This document shows, in pieces, positions 38,969 to 51,314 of a stretch of DNA of 64,000 nucleotides (its first letter is position 1; each line of letters opens with the position of its first letter). Position numbers and translations under genes: made by a program. This DNA comes from Octopus sinensis. Lineage: Eukaryota. Location of the stretch: contig NC_043000.1 of the NCBI RefSeq assembly GCF_006345805.1, positions 142,662,001 to 142,726,000 of the forward strand, read 5' to 3'. The notes under the pieces were generated by a model that was not told the DNA's origin, did not search any database, and was given only the letters and a program-made list of their open reading frames with translations.

Positions 38969-39382
38969 TTATTTCTTTATTGCCCACAAGGGGATTAACA
39001 TAGAGGGGACAAACAAGCGCAGACAAAGAGATTAAGTCGATTACATCGACCCCAGTGCGTAACTGGTACTTAATTTGTCGACCCCGAAAGGATGAAAGGC
39101 AAAGTCAACCTCGGCGGAATTTGAACTCAGAACGTAACGGCGGACGAAATACCTATTTCTTTACTACCCACAAGGGGGCCAAACACAGAGAGGACAAACA
39201 AGGACAGATAAACGGATTAAGTCGATTATATCGACCCCACTGCGTAACTGGTACTTAATTTATCGACCCCGAAAGGATGAAAGGCAAAGTCGACCTCGGC
39301 GCAATTTGAACTCAGAACGTAGCGGCAGACAAAATACCGCTAAGCATTTCACCCGGCGTGCTAACGTTTCTGCCAGCTCACC
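38969..39382 (-). mobile_element. dimeric family-B SINE, 13-bp TSD
   Basis: Same two-unit structure and junction as 13320-13733. GTGTGTGTGTTTG lies at 38956-38968 and 39383-39395. Confidence 0.9.
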
Positions 39383-39896
39383 GTGTGTGTGTTTGTGTCC
39401 GTATGTGTATGAATGTATGTAGACATATACATATATATACACACACACATTAATATTAATATTTATATATCTATATTTTTATAGGGGTATATTCATATAT
39501 ATATATATATATACAAGGACAAGGACAAACATGCACACACACACCCACACACATGTACAAATATATGTGCATACATTATGTGATAAAGTGAGAGATGCAC
39601 GTGATATCTGACAACTGAACATTGTACACATTCATATCTTTTTTATCTATGCCTCCCGTCTATTTAGCAACCTAACTATTTATCTTTGTATCTATTTATT
39701 TGTCAAGCTAGTTATCACTCTTCGTATGCGTGTGTGTGTTTCGCGAGATTAACTTAATAGCACCTCTCAGAAAGCACATTTAATGATGGCTCATATTAGA
39801 GTTTCTGTTTTCTTGCTTCTTTTTGCGTGTATTATTGTACATTCGAGTAAAAATACTGTTTGGTATATTCCAGTGTAGGTAGTTTATCTGGGATAA

Positions 39897-40101
39897 GGCA
39901 GTGAGCTGGCAGAAGCGTTAGCACGGTGGGTGAAGTGCTTAGCGGTATTTCGTCTTCTGCTACGTTCTGAGTTCAAAATTCGGGGTCGATTAAATAAGTA
40001 CCAGTTACTCAGTGGGGTCGATGTAATCGACTTAATCCGTTTGTCTGTCCTTGTTTGTCCCCTCTGTGTTTAGCCCCATGTGGGTAGTAAAGAAATAGGT
40101 A
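39897..40101 (+). mobile_element. family-B SINE with internal deletion, ending in the dimer-type junction
   Basis: Ends GGGTAGTAAAGAAATAGGTA. Confidence 0.88.
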
Positions 40102-40179
40102 GTGTATCTGGAATTATTAATTTGAATATTATGAAACACTCTTCTCTCATGGGCCTCGATATGATGTTCGAGAAAACTG

Positions 40180-40570
40180 AGCCAGATGAAGAAAAGCAGT
40201 TCTGTCTTAGTGTTGTGGTGTTACGCGAGCAGGATTTTTATAGAGGACGGCTGGCACGGGGATCAAGTCTCGCATAAATTCAAAAGATGACAGAAACATC
40301 ATTTCGGCACTGCTGTTGGAATATTTTCTCCATCGTACAAATATATAGTCCTCACAGCGTTGGAGGGGATAATTTTGAACTTTTCTAGACCAGCCCAATC
40401 ATTAAAGCCTGTCGTATTATCTGTTTTATTTTTATTCTTTCTGTGTGGTTGATCTCTGAGGTGCCAAAACTTGTATTGTTTTTTGTTCCATGTAGGGAGA
40501 CCACAACAGGCATTCAAGGTGAGGAAGGGCAAAGTTAGAAAGAGAAGTGTAATAGTAAGAGCGTCTCAAT
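40180..40570 (-). mobile_element. CR1/L2-like LINE C-terminal fragment
   Basis: ALPHLECLLWSPYME...QR, KVQNYPLQRCEDYIF..WR resemble 23800-24010 and 56200-56410. Confidence 0.65.
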
Positions 40571-40939
40571 GGCCACTACCATCTGAAGATATATTTCTAT
40601 TTCTCAATGGAATGATAGAAACATTACTTAACGGCAATAATGAAAGAGTTCTAATTTCTGAAATTTTTGTTCGTTTCTGCAAATCTTTACCGGCATTTTG
40701 GTTTTGCCACATCGATATCTCGTACACACTTATCGATTTTTCATGCAAACATTTTGTGAGATTTAATAAGTTGATATTGTGTTTTTTGACTCCATGGTAA
40801 AGGTTAGTGCTCTTGTCACATTTTCTAACTCGTGTGGCATTTCATACGAGTAGAGCATAATTTCCTTCAACGATTTGAAATGGGATGATTAAATCCTGAA
40901 ATGTAATTTCATACGTTGCTTATATTATTATTATTATTA

Positions 40940-41311
40940 TTACATCCATCTTAGCAAAGGCGGAGGTATTGTTTTCAGTCGTGTTTGTTTGCTTGTTTCT
41001 TCGTTTGTTTGCCCGTGGACAAGATATCTCAAGAACCACCGAATGGATTCAGATGAAACTTTCAGGGATTTTTGGCCTCGTGACTGGTACGAGATGATTA
41101 GATTTGGATATCGATCCGGTACCAGACAAGGATTCTAGATTATTTTTCCTGCTTTTCTAACTTAATTATTGAAAGTGGTCGTGTTCATTTTTAGTAGTCT
41201 CGTTTGTGAGACCAGTCGAGTTTATTTCTCATTTTAAAGATTATCTCTGGCTAATCGTTGAGAGGACTTGGTGTTGCATTGGCGGATGTTTGCGCTCTCA
41301 AAGTGCTTTCG
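40940..41311 (+). mobile_element. Helentron-associated (HINE/DINE-like) non-autonomous element inserted in the (AAT)n tail of an R4 element
   Basis: 5' CAAAGGCGGAGGTATTGTTTTCAG+(GTTT)n, 3' TTGGCGGATGTTTGCGCTCTCAAAGTGCTTTCG|TT. (ATT)n lies on both sides. Confidence 0.65.
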
Positions 41312-42150
41312 TTATTATTATTTTCTCCTTGTCACAGGTTTTAGTGGAGCTGCTGGTGTCTTGCTTGTGTAGAGGGTTTTCAATCTGTAACCTACGGCAC
41401 CACGCTATTCGTTCTTTTCAGATATTTCACACTTTCTTGATTATTCAGGCCGTACCGAGAAGGCAAACATTCTGTAACACTTCTAGTGGGCACTCTCTCC
41501 CAGTTACCCTTTTATTCCAATTGGTGCTTTCTGATACTATTACCAAGGACCCAACAATAACTGGCACTGTTGTCACCTTCTTCATTTTCTAAAGCCGAGA
41601 AATTTCGTATTTAAAAGGTTTGTATTTATCTATCTTTTTGCCTTAGTTCTTGACTATTCGTGGTTGAAAGGAGCATACATCATAAAGTATACAACATATG
41701 TGGTGCACCTTGTCCACCACTACTAGGCCCGGTCTGTTATGCTCTAGCACCTGATCTGTTTGGATTGGGAAATCTCAGAGGATCTTGCTAGTCTCCGACT
41801 CTGCTACTCTCTGCGGGTTTTGCTCATACCACGTCCTGACTCTCTGCAGCTCCCACTTTTAACACAGTTTCCAATGTAGCACCATCGCTACCTGTTCTTG
41901 TCGTTACAACTAGTAGTCGCTTTGGGCGAGTCTAGGGCATTCGTTCGTGACATAGGAAATAGCTTCATCCACTTCATTGCAGATGCCGCACAGCGTAGAC
42001 ACTTGCTCATTCTTCAGGTTGACTCTCCAGTTCGTGGCCGGAGCTTGGTCCTGTGATGCCACTATAATGCATTCGGTCTCTTTTTTATTTTAGGGTTTCT
42101 TTCATAAGCCAAACTCACCTATTTTTTCCAGCAACTTCTGTCTGGTTCAG
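41312..42150 (-). mobile_element. R4/Dong-type RLE LINE 3' fragment
   Basis: ETECIIVASQDQA, LCGICNEVDEAISYVTNECPRLAQ, VLHWKLC, SKILWDFPIQTDQVLEHNRPG, VTTVPVIVGSL, 3' UTR and AATAATAAT tail. Confidence 0.9.
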
Positions 42151-42189
42151 ACTCATCCAAGGTGGCCGAAAAAATGTCGATATTCACGA

Positions 42190-42705
42190 ACAGTTTGGGA
42201 GACCCGCAACCAGCAGAACTGAGATAAACATCGCAGATGTGCGTGCAGCTGTGAGGGGAAATCGTCGAATCACTATCCGTGAGTTATCAGAGAATGTACA
42301 AATTAGATACGGTTCAGTTCAGTCCATTATCACGGAAGACATGTGTAGGAGATGCGTCTATGCCAAGTTTGTGCTAAATCTGCTTTCAAGTGAACAAAAA
42401 GGCGTTCAGGGTTCAGTTGCACAAAATCTCCTTGATTGTGTTGGGAACAATGAAAACTTTTTGAAAACATTTCGTGGGCCTCTGAGCAGGTATCACCAAG
42501 CTTTTGGAAAAATTTGATGCAGATTCTCTGCTCAATTTTTTGTCATTGTCAATGTGACGATCACACGCTACACACGTTTTTTCCCAGCACTCCTACGAAA
42601 GTGAGCTAAAACGTTAACACTTAATGCTCAGGCACAGCCGAGGTCAGGGTCAATCTATGTCAAGCGGCTTTACTTTCCGTTTTTTAGCTTCGTTACTATG
42701 GCAAC
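42190..42705 (+). mobile_element. mariner transposase remnant (HTH region, internally deleted)
   Basis: ORF 42239-42517: VRGNRRITIRELSENVQIRYGSVQSIITEDM.RR.VYAKFV.NLLSSEQK...VAQNLLDCVGNNENFLK. Confidence 0.88.
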
Positions 42706-43249
42706 ATATATATATATGATAACAAAATAATAAATAAAACATATGCATATATACATACATATATGTACGTACCTACATCTATATGTATATATACATGCAT
42801 ATATGGGTACAGGACACAAGAAAAACGTCAAATTCAATGAGAAACGAAAACATAAAAACAAAACCAAGGAAACGGACAATTTTTTAAACAACGAAAAAAC
42901 AGAGTACAAGACATACAACAAATTTATTTAATTTGCTTTGCTTTGCGGGAAGGACTGTTTCATGAAGTTGTGTCTCGCCATTACATTCGAAACACGGAGT
43001 AGACGAAGCGGAGGCAGCTGAAGAAGGGGAATTTTCCTTGTGTTGTATGTCTTGTACTCTGTTTTTTCGTTGTTTAAAAAAATTGTCCGTTTCCATGGGT
43101 TTTGTTTATATATTTTCATTTCTCATTGTGTTCGACGTTTTTTTTTTTGGGTGTCCTGTACCCATATATGTATGTATATATACATATAGATGTAGGTACG
43201 TACATACATGTATGTATATATGCATATGTTTTATTTATTTTTTTGTTAT

Positions 43250-43262
<13 letters not shown>
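42706..43262. repeat. inverted repeat, ~215-bp arms and ~120-bp spacer (foldback element)
   Basis: 42706-42920 is the reverse complement of 43041-43262 at roughly 85-90% identity by eye. Confidence 0.9.
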
Positions 43263-43326
<64 letters not shown>

Positions 43327-44023
43327 TACACATTCACGATAGTAAACGTTAAACATTTATAAATGTGAAGCTTTAGATCAATGAAAAAAATAAGCCCGCT
43401 ATCAATTCGTCTTTAACTTTTAAATTATACAGAGAAGATTATTTCGAAAAGTATTTCAATGTTTAGTTATACTAAGATTATGTGATGTTTTGGCAAGAAA
43501 ATGCAAAACCTGCCAAAATGCCAAAAACAGGATGATCATTTTAACGTTGAATATAGATCTAATCAGATTGTATTACAAAGTGTCTTATTATACTTGAGGC
43601 AAATATCTTGAAATCTAGAATATCAAAGAATTTCAGTATGTGTTAGTAGAAATCTTTATTTATACCGTGGGTCATATAGACTACTAATGTAGAAGGGAGT
43701 CTTTACTCGGACTCCGAATCTAATACAAATAGTTGAGAAATATCCCTCAGTTACACCCAACAGTCTTTAAAAGAAAAGGTTACATTCCATACCGTAGTTC
43801 TACTTAGACTGTTAAAAAATTATGGGATAGTCATAGCTGAAACATCTTTGATCATAGGTCAGTTTCAGTTTCATTAACCTAGGGCGAAACAACTAGAAAA
43901 TGTTTATTTTACTTGTTAACACTAAATAATCTCTACTACAAAGCAGCACAATTCATTCTGTATGTCTCTCTCACCTGTCCTCACACCTATCTCTCTCTCT
44001 CTCTTTCTTTCGTTGTGACTCTG

Positions 44024-44060
<37 letters not shown>

Positions 44061-44064
<4 letters not shown>

Positions 44065-44322
44065 AAAAAGTATTAGGAGTTCAATAAAAATTATATTTGT
44101 CTGGTAGTATATATATATATATATATACACACACACAGAAGGAGTTATATTTAAGAATTTACAAAAATTTGGAGAGGACAAGACAGAAAAAATGCCAAAA
44201 AGACAGGTTGGTTCCTCTCCAATTTTTTTGTAAATTCTTAAATATATCTCCTTCTGTGTATATATATATATATACTACCAAACAAACATGTTTTTCTTTA
44301 TTGAACTCCTAATATTTTGGTT
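44061..44322. repeat. inverted repeat, ~115-bp arms and ~30-bp spacer
   Basis: TATTAGGAGTTCAATAAA...TTTAAGAATTTACAAAAATTTGGAGAGG versus its reverse complement at 44211-44322. Confidence 0.9.
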
Positions 44323-44384
44323 AAATATTTTCTTAAGTACTTTCTTGTAAACTGTTTTTAACATTTTCTTAATGCTATCAAACA

Positions 44385-44433
<49 letters not shown>

Positions 44434-44584
44434 TACTTTTGTGACAACCAGTACGTAACACAACAAAGCTTATACAAAACCTTACATTTTACTTTTGACA
44501 ATCGTTTTCTAAAAAAGTGAAACCGGTCAAATGAATAAACATCTTTAAAATTGCATTTTCAAACTTTCTTTCACACACACACAA

Positions 44585-44640
<56 letters not shown>

Positions 44641-44731
44641 CGAAAGGGAGAGAGAGCGCGCGCGAGAGAGAGAGAGAGAAAGAGAGAGAGAGACGAAGAG
44701 TGAGTTTGTTGTTTCTGTATATGTGTGTGTA

Positions 44732-44765
<34 letters not shown>

Positions 44766-44829
44766 CACACACACACGCACACGCAGACCTGCGCGAACGC
44801 AAATATCCACATTTACACACACATACCTT

Positions 44830-45099
44830 CTCTTGCACTCTCCTGTCTTTGAAAGAACTTTTTCTTCACCCATTCCCTCCCGGTCATTCAAAATGTGACC
44901 GCGTGTGTACCGTTGGCGATTTTTTCCCTCCGTCTTCCCTTCTTTGGATCTTTCCTTTTCCTATATTTCTAACGAAGAGCTCCGCTCGAAACGTTAAACC
45001 CTCCTTCTTTCCTTCTTTTCTGAGCGTCCAATAATACTATACTTGTTCTACGTCCTCGCGTTGTTGTGTTTTCTCTTTGTGTCTTCATGTTTGTATTAA

Positions 45100-45100
<1 letters not shown>
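44830..45100 (+). mobile_element. PLE-type pLTR cassette between microsatellites
   Basis: Pyrimidine-rich non-coding block carrying the HHR motif at 44965-44999. Confidence 0.65.
44965..44999 (+). ncRNA. type I minimal hammerhead ribozyme motif (one core mutation)
   Basis: TTT-CTAACGA-A-GAGC-TCC-GCTC-GAAA-CGTT-AAA. CUGANGA carries G5A, with 4-bp stem II, palindromic AACGTT stem III and TTT/AAA stem I. Confidence 0.75.
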
Positions 45101-45179
<79 letters not shown>

Positions 45180-45485
45180 CTCGATTTCACTATTCTTACC
45201 CATATATGTCTCTCTACCTCACTGTTTCCCCTCTCTCTCTCAATTACTTTATTTTCCATATCTCTCTCTTTTCCCTATAATTTCTAGTACTTGTTCAATC
45301 AAACTGTCATAATTAACCTCCTGTAATATATACGGTGTCACACCACTACACACACGTCTACACACGCACACACACTCACACACACTCACACTCACACACA
45401 GAGAGAACAACAAAACAAGTGTAATTAATACAGCAACAACAGTAGCAAAAATAATGCCATCTGTAGTTGCAGCTAGAAAACTCAC

Positions 45486-45516
45486 CTGAAGGTTAAATTT
45501 CCTGCAGCTTCGTAGT
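45486..45516 (-). CDS. candidate 31-nt micro-exon (YEAAGNLTF or LRSCRKFNLQ), product unknown
   Basis: ATAATTCATTAG acceptor and consensus CAG|GTGAGT donor. Confidence 0.28.
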
Positions 45517-46080
45517 CTAATGAATTATATAGACGTCTTTATTTAATGAACAGTTTTTCGACTTTTGTAAACAGAAATATTTAACAATCCATTGTCATGT
45601 GTGCTTTTGTACATGTGTGTATGTGTGTGCATATGTGTATGTAATTGTATGTGTGTGTTCGTGCGCATTAGTAAGGACTCTTCATCTTGAAAATAAGAGA
45701 GGAAAGCAAAGTGACTAAAGAAGCGATGAGAATGAATCATGTAAATTGTAATGAAACACAAAGAAGAAATGGGTATTCAATATTGAATTCTTATTTTACG
45801 AATATCACTCTATTTTTACAAAGAAACCAACAATGACAAGGAATATCTATGTGTATGTATGTTTGAGTATGTATTAGTGTGTGTATGTATATGTATGTGC
45901 GTGCGTGCATGTGTGTTGTACTTACATGTGTATGTGTATAACCAAATACTTATATATGTATGTGTGCGTGCGTGCTTGTGTGTATGTATGTATATATACA
46001 TATACATGTATATATATATATATATATATCTATATACACACAGGTATATATATATATGTATGTATATATATATATGTATG

Positions 46081-46153
<73 letters not shown>

Positions 46154-46154
46154 A

Positions 46155-46196
<42 letters not shown>

Positions 46197-46494
46197 TCAT
46201 ATATACATATATAGATTGCTATTAATCCAAACAAATAGACGATTAGGAGAAACGAAGCTGACAATGCACAGAAAAGACATTAGAATTAATTAGATTTTAA
46301 TTATTTTAAAATATAGGAAAAAACTTTACCAGCATAATATTAGATTTCCAAATTAGTACATGAGGCAGAGTAGGGAATTATGTCTATTCTAGCTTTTGTT
46401 ATAAAATTTGTTTGTTTTTAAAGTTGAAACGTGACTCTGCACCCTGTCCGTTGGCATACAAATTGATTAATCAACGTTCATTTATTTAGCTTAC

Positions 46495-46530
46495 ATGGCC
46501 GTTGGATGAGAAGGCCGCATAAAAGCTTTT
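46495..46530 (-). CDS. candidate symmetric 36-nt micro-exon, product unknown
   Basis: TATTTAACACAG acceptor, GTAAGC donor, GC-richer than its surroundings, open in all frames. Confidence 0.28.
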
Positions 46531-47049
46531 CTGTGTTAAATATTGTCATGTGACACTTAGAAAAATGAAATATGTGCATGTGATATAATTATTGTTTACA
46601 TAGAAGTGCTATAGATAACTATTGTTTATTATTCTATCGAAGAATAATGTTATCATTTAGTGCTACTTTACTCCCATTCAACGTCTTGAAATATATCACT
46701 TCTCTGTTAACAAGATGTGTAGTAAATGAGATAAGGAGGTGTGGAGTAAATAAAAATAGATGCTCACTACTACATGAATTTCGGTTTTCTTAAGAAAGCG
46801 CCTAAGAAGACATTCTACCAGAGCCTAAGACATCAATTCATAGAAAAATTAGATTCGTGTATTACTTTTTTATAGTCTGTTCAGCAGTGGCTTGTTGTTC
46901 TTGATAAAAGAACTCTCCTTGTCGAGGTTTTTTTTTTTTTTTGGTGTGAAGTATTATCTGAACATTGATAGAGTGGGAAGAGAAGAAATGTGGGAGACTT
47001 TGTTTTCTTGCATATGTGCAAGCATTCACTAAGTAGAATTTGTCTAGTG

Positions 47050-49200
47050 TAGGGATCACGTATTTCTTGACGATGAATATTTAATCTCATTCTCAAGGTG
47101 AGATTATTTTGTGCACTGTAGTCTTTGCTGGCAGGTGCCTTTCTCGAAGATGGAGAAGTTGATCTAAAAGAAAGTTTCAATCCCTTTGTCATGAATTGTT
47201 GATCAACTCGGTCTGGAATAATTTCACCAGGAAAATGTCTTAACCAAAGAGCTAATGCCTCTAGTCCTTACTCGTCTAGGTGTTAGTATCAAAGTTTGCT
47301 ACAACAAATATAGCGATTATGGTATCCTTGATATTTTTCGTGAAATCGTTTAATACGTCTACCAGATACCTCATTAAACTTCGTATAGATTTTAAGAAAG
47401 GTTTAACAGTATCTCAAGGAAGTTGCTAAGTCTATTAGTTTCACAGGTTGGGCCTGCTACAATTGGTTCTAATTTAGATACTTCAGAAAGAGTATATTTA
47501 TGTAGACTGGGTGTGATTCATTAAGTATTTTATATTTGGGGATTTGGGGATCTTCGTAGAGGAAATTTGCTTGGCCTATCAAATTTGTTAGATAATCAAC
47601 AATTTCTTTCCTAGTTAAGCATTTTCCGTGTTGATTTATGGGAATGTAAATTTTATACATTGTTTTTGTATGTTTACTATTTTATAGTTGGTGGTATCTT
47701 GAAGTAGGGTTAATGCAGCATTTTTGCATTGTTCCCTATTCATAACTGCGGCATTTCCCTTATCAGCTTCTTTTATAAATATGTTATTATTCCTTAATAG
47801 GTCGTATATATTTTCCAGTTTGTTCGACTAGTGTTAGATTTCGGTTGAGGAAATGGAAGTTCATTATATGAGAATGTGAATGTAAACTCAATAATCTGGT
47901 TAGTATTTTGGTTCTTCCTATTGTAGAGTTGTAATAATGCCTTTTGTTTAGCACAATAGGTTGATCAATGACTGCTTTATCGAAAGATTCTTCTGTAAAG
48001 CTTCATTTTCTACAAAACTTTGAGATCTCTTATTTATTTTACTGAAGTTAGGATACTGTCGTGTCAGGATAAGTTTTAGATCATTTGAAAGGATTTGGAT
48101 TTTGTCCTTTTGAGAGTTTTAAATTAGCAAGATTTATTATTTTAGGTTTCTTATCTTTATCTTGTACCACTAGATGTCTTGAAACATTTAATTCAGGCTT
48201 AAAAACTGATTTGTGGCGTTTGTTCCTTTGGCTGTATTTCTAAGTCTGTGGTTATATACTCCGATTCTTCACAGTTTTCTGGAATAATTGTTATGCTTAT
48301 ATTTTAGATTAAAAACTGTTCATGTCTAGGATATATTTTTCCTGTCATAATTTCATTTATGTTTCTTTGCGTATATTGGAATATACGGTTTTGAAAGGTG
48401 TTCTGACTTGGTGGAGTGGGGTTTGGGAATCTTTTACTGGGTTTAGCTTACGGTCTGGCGAAACTGGAATTGGTGTTGTTTCGTGAAAGTCTTTAATGGG
48501 CAATATTTTTAATTTTCGATATTTACTTTATCGTTTATGAATAAAACTGGTATGCGTTAATTTTATTTGGTAATAAATTAGCATTATTTTCTGTTTGAAA
48601 TCCTTGATCAAATCTGCTAAACTAGACGATGCTTGTTTTCCAGTGTTGAGGCGATGTCGAATCTTCACTTAAACAATGATATCTCTTGAGTTTAACTGTA
48701 TTTTCAAACAATACACCTTCGGTCGTTTTCGATATTTCTATTTCCATATGTTTGTGATCAGATTTGAGCTTTTCTTAACTTCTACTGACTCTAAGACGCA
48801 ATGGTTGAATTTGCTTTTTTAATTTTTCTACAGTCATCTTTTCTCTGAATTTTCTTTTTTTCCGGTTCATTTTCGATCGGTATTGTTCGGAAATTTCTGG
48901 GACGAATAATTGGGGTTGGATTCAACCAATTTTCATAAACATTTGCTTTGCAACTGTTTATTGCAAAATGCAAATTTTTGGATTGTGAAGTTCTCATTGC
49001 AGATATAATTTAAACTGTATTTGATCGGGTTTGTTTGCCGATCCTGATCGATTTTTTTTGATTTCTTGGTTTGAATTAGGAATTTATTGAAGTTCATTCC
49101 GTGTTCTGTGGTGTTGTCTTCTCTATTACTTTACATAGTGGGTTTTGTCATTTAACACTGCTTAAAGGAAAGCTTTTATACAAACCGAAATTTCAGGCAA
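47050..49200 (-). mobile_element. Penelope-like element ORF remnant (N-terminus plus RT)
   Basis: NNNIFIKEADKGNAAVMNREQCKNAALTLLQDTTNYK, PIVAGPTCETNRLSNFLEILL, GLEALALWLRHFPGEIIPDRVDQQFMTKGLKL. Many stops and frameshifts. Confidence 0.88.
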
Positions 49201-49226
49201 TTTAAAGACTGGAGGTAATGCCATTT

Positions 49227-49380
49227 CGCTTATACCTTCATTACAATCGTTTCAACAATACTTGATTTAGACACACCATTAATGCAAATACTTGTGTAAT
49301 ATGTTGTGATATTACATATTTATATACATTAAATGTCTAAATCATGTATTATTGAAACAATTGTAGTGAAAGAATAAGTG
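49227..49380. repeat. hairpin (~48-bp arms, ~57-bp spacer) at the 5' end of the PLE
   Basis: CGCTTATACCTTCATTACAATCGTTTCAACAATACTTGATTTAGACAC pairs with ATGTCTAAATCATGTATTATTGAAACAATTGTAGTGAAAGAATAAGTG. Confidence 0.85.
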
Positions 49381-49424
49381 TAAAACCATCACCAATATTA
49401 ATGCTTTTACTATCTATATAACAC

Positions 49425-49810
49425 ATGGAAGCACTCCGTCGGTTACGACGACGAGGGTTCCGGTTGATCCGAATCAATGGAACAGCCTGCTCGTGAACTT
49501 AACGTGTAAGTGGCTGAACACTACACAGACACGTGTATCCTTAACGTAGTTCTCAGGGATATTCAGCGTGACACAGAGAGTGACAAGGCCGGCCCTTTGA
49601 AATACAGGTACAACAGAAACAGGAAGTAAGAGTGAGAGAAAGTTGTGGTAAAAGAGTACAGCAGGGATCACCACCATCCCCTGTCGGAGCCTCGTGAAGC
49701 TTTAGGTGTTTTCGCTCAATAAACACTCACAACGCCCGGTCTGGGAATCAAAACCGCGATCCTATGACCGCGAGTCCGCTGCCCTAACCACTGGGCCATT
49801 GCGCCTCCAC
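49425..49810 (-). mobile_element. tRNA-derived SINE, family C, 11-bp TSD
   Basis: Highly similar to 9148-9524. CTATATAACAC lies at 49414-49424 and 49810-49820. Confidence 0.93.
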
Positions 49811-49849
49811 TATATAACACGTACACAGGCACAAACACACACATTTATA

Positions 49850-50322
49850 TTACATGGAAAAATGCGAGCATAGAAAGTAATATTCTTAAGATTATAAACC
49901 TGGAAAAGGACAGGACAAGTTATTACACCTGTAAAAGATGCTATTACTTCTAGTAAAGTAAACAATAAGAAACATTTTACTTAAAATATTGCAGCAAATA
50001 ATACCAGTTCTTCTAATTTATCACTCTTTACAGTTCTCATGTTTTAAATTTACAAAGCTGTTCAGCCAATTTGCAAGTTTGTCTAATTAGTCACTTTATT
50101 GTGTATTTAAGGTAGTAAATTCTTCAATAAGTATAGTGTTATTTGTAAACTATAATAAAATAGGTTTTAATATTCAAATTTTAATTTTAGCTGCAATATT
50201 TTAAGTAAAAACTTTTTTTTATTCTTTACTTTACTAGAAGTAATAGCTTGTTCTATACTTGTACATTTCCAGGTTTATAATGTTAAGAATATTACTTTTC
50301 ATGCTCGCATTTTTCTATGTAA
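49850..50322. mobile_element. MITE/foldback element with ~140-bp terminal inverted repeats
   Basis: 49850-49995 is the imperfect reverse complement of 50190-50322. Confidence 0.8.
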
Positions 50323-51314
50323 TTCATGACTTTTCCAGGCATTGCTGTTATAAGATGATTAATGTTTTAATTAATAATTTAAGATTTTACCTTATAAAGT
50401 ACTGAAAGATAATATTTCAATTCTTCCATGTAAATGGTGATAATATTGCAATATTTTCATGTATAATTTAAAAATATGTTATGATTGAATTATTTGATAT
50501 TACCCATCCACACCAAATTAATGCCAGAGATTTTTATCATGTTGTTAGTTGCACCATGGCTCATCAAAACTTACAAACAACAAGACCCCATAACCAGTTA
50601 CCAGGCTCACCTTCAGTAACCTCATGTTGCAAAATTCGGAGATCACAGGAATTCATTTAACGAATAAAAAATGTCCAATGATTCCGGGATTGGAAGGACA
50701 CCCCTCATTTTTTCGAAACTAAAATAAGTTATTTGCAGAATATTAGGAGGTCAGGGTACTTGATTCCACGCAAAAATTCAAAATTTGTTTCTTAGTCAAA
50801 ATCGTGCGGGTGTTAATATTGAAATTTACGATAATGCTGTTAATTAGCTTCAAATAAATGCTGATACTGCAAACCTATCATCAAAGACATTCCAGCCTTC
50901 AGCAACCCGTCATTTTAGGGATAATCTAGAACATTACGTACAATGGGCGTGTGATTTATGTAGGGGGACATTTTGGTTGCTACCTTTAGTGTGTCGAGCG
51001 ACCAAGTAGAGGCTCTTTCATTGGTTCGATTGCATGATGAAATTTTTTTACACATATTTGTAATATGTGTATATATCATCGGCAGAGGTTAGAGAGTAAG
51101 TCAAAAGCTGAGAGTTTCGTGTATTGGCACTTATCAAACACGAATTTGTCCATTGTCACTCTGTAACTTCTGACGAAATAGCTTCTAAAATACAAAATTT
51201 TGTCAAAAACGTTAAGAGTAAACCCTGTTATATGTGACAAAGTTTATAAATATCGGAAGCTTCAAACTGTTTAGTTAAAAAGTATCAATTAAATAACTTC
51301 TACGTCAAATTGAA

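Noticed and set aside
43018-43045. CTGAAGA-AGGGGAATTTTCCTT as a hammerhead
   Set aside because: A hairpin follows, but there is no GAAA after it.
50600-50730. Minus-strand GTGAGC donor with upstream TTTTAG acceptor
   Set aside because: All three frames contain stops, and the region looks repeat-derived.
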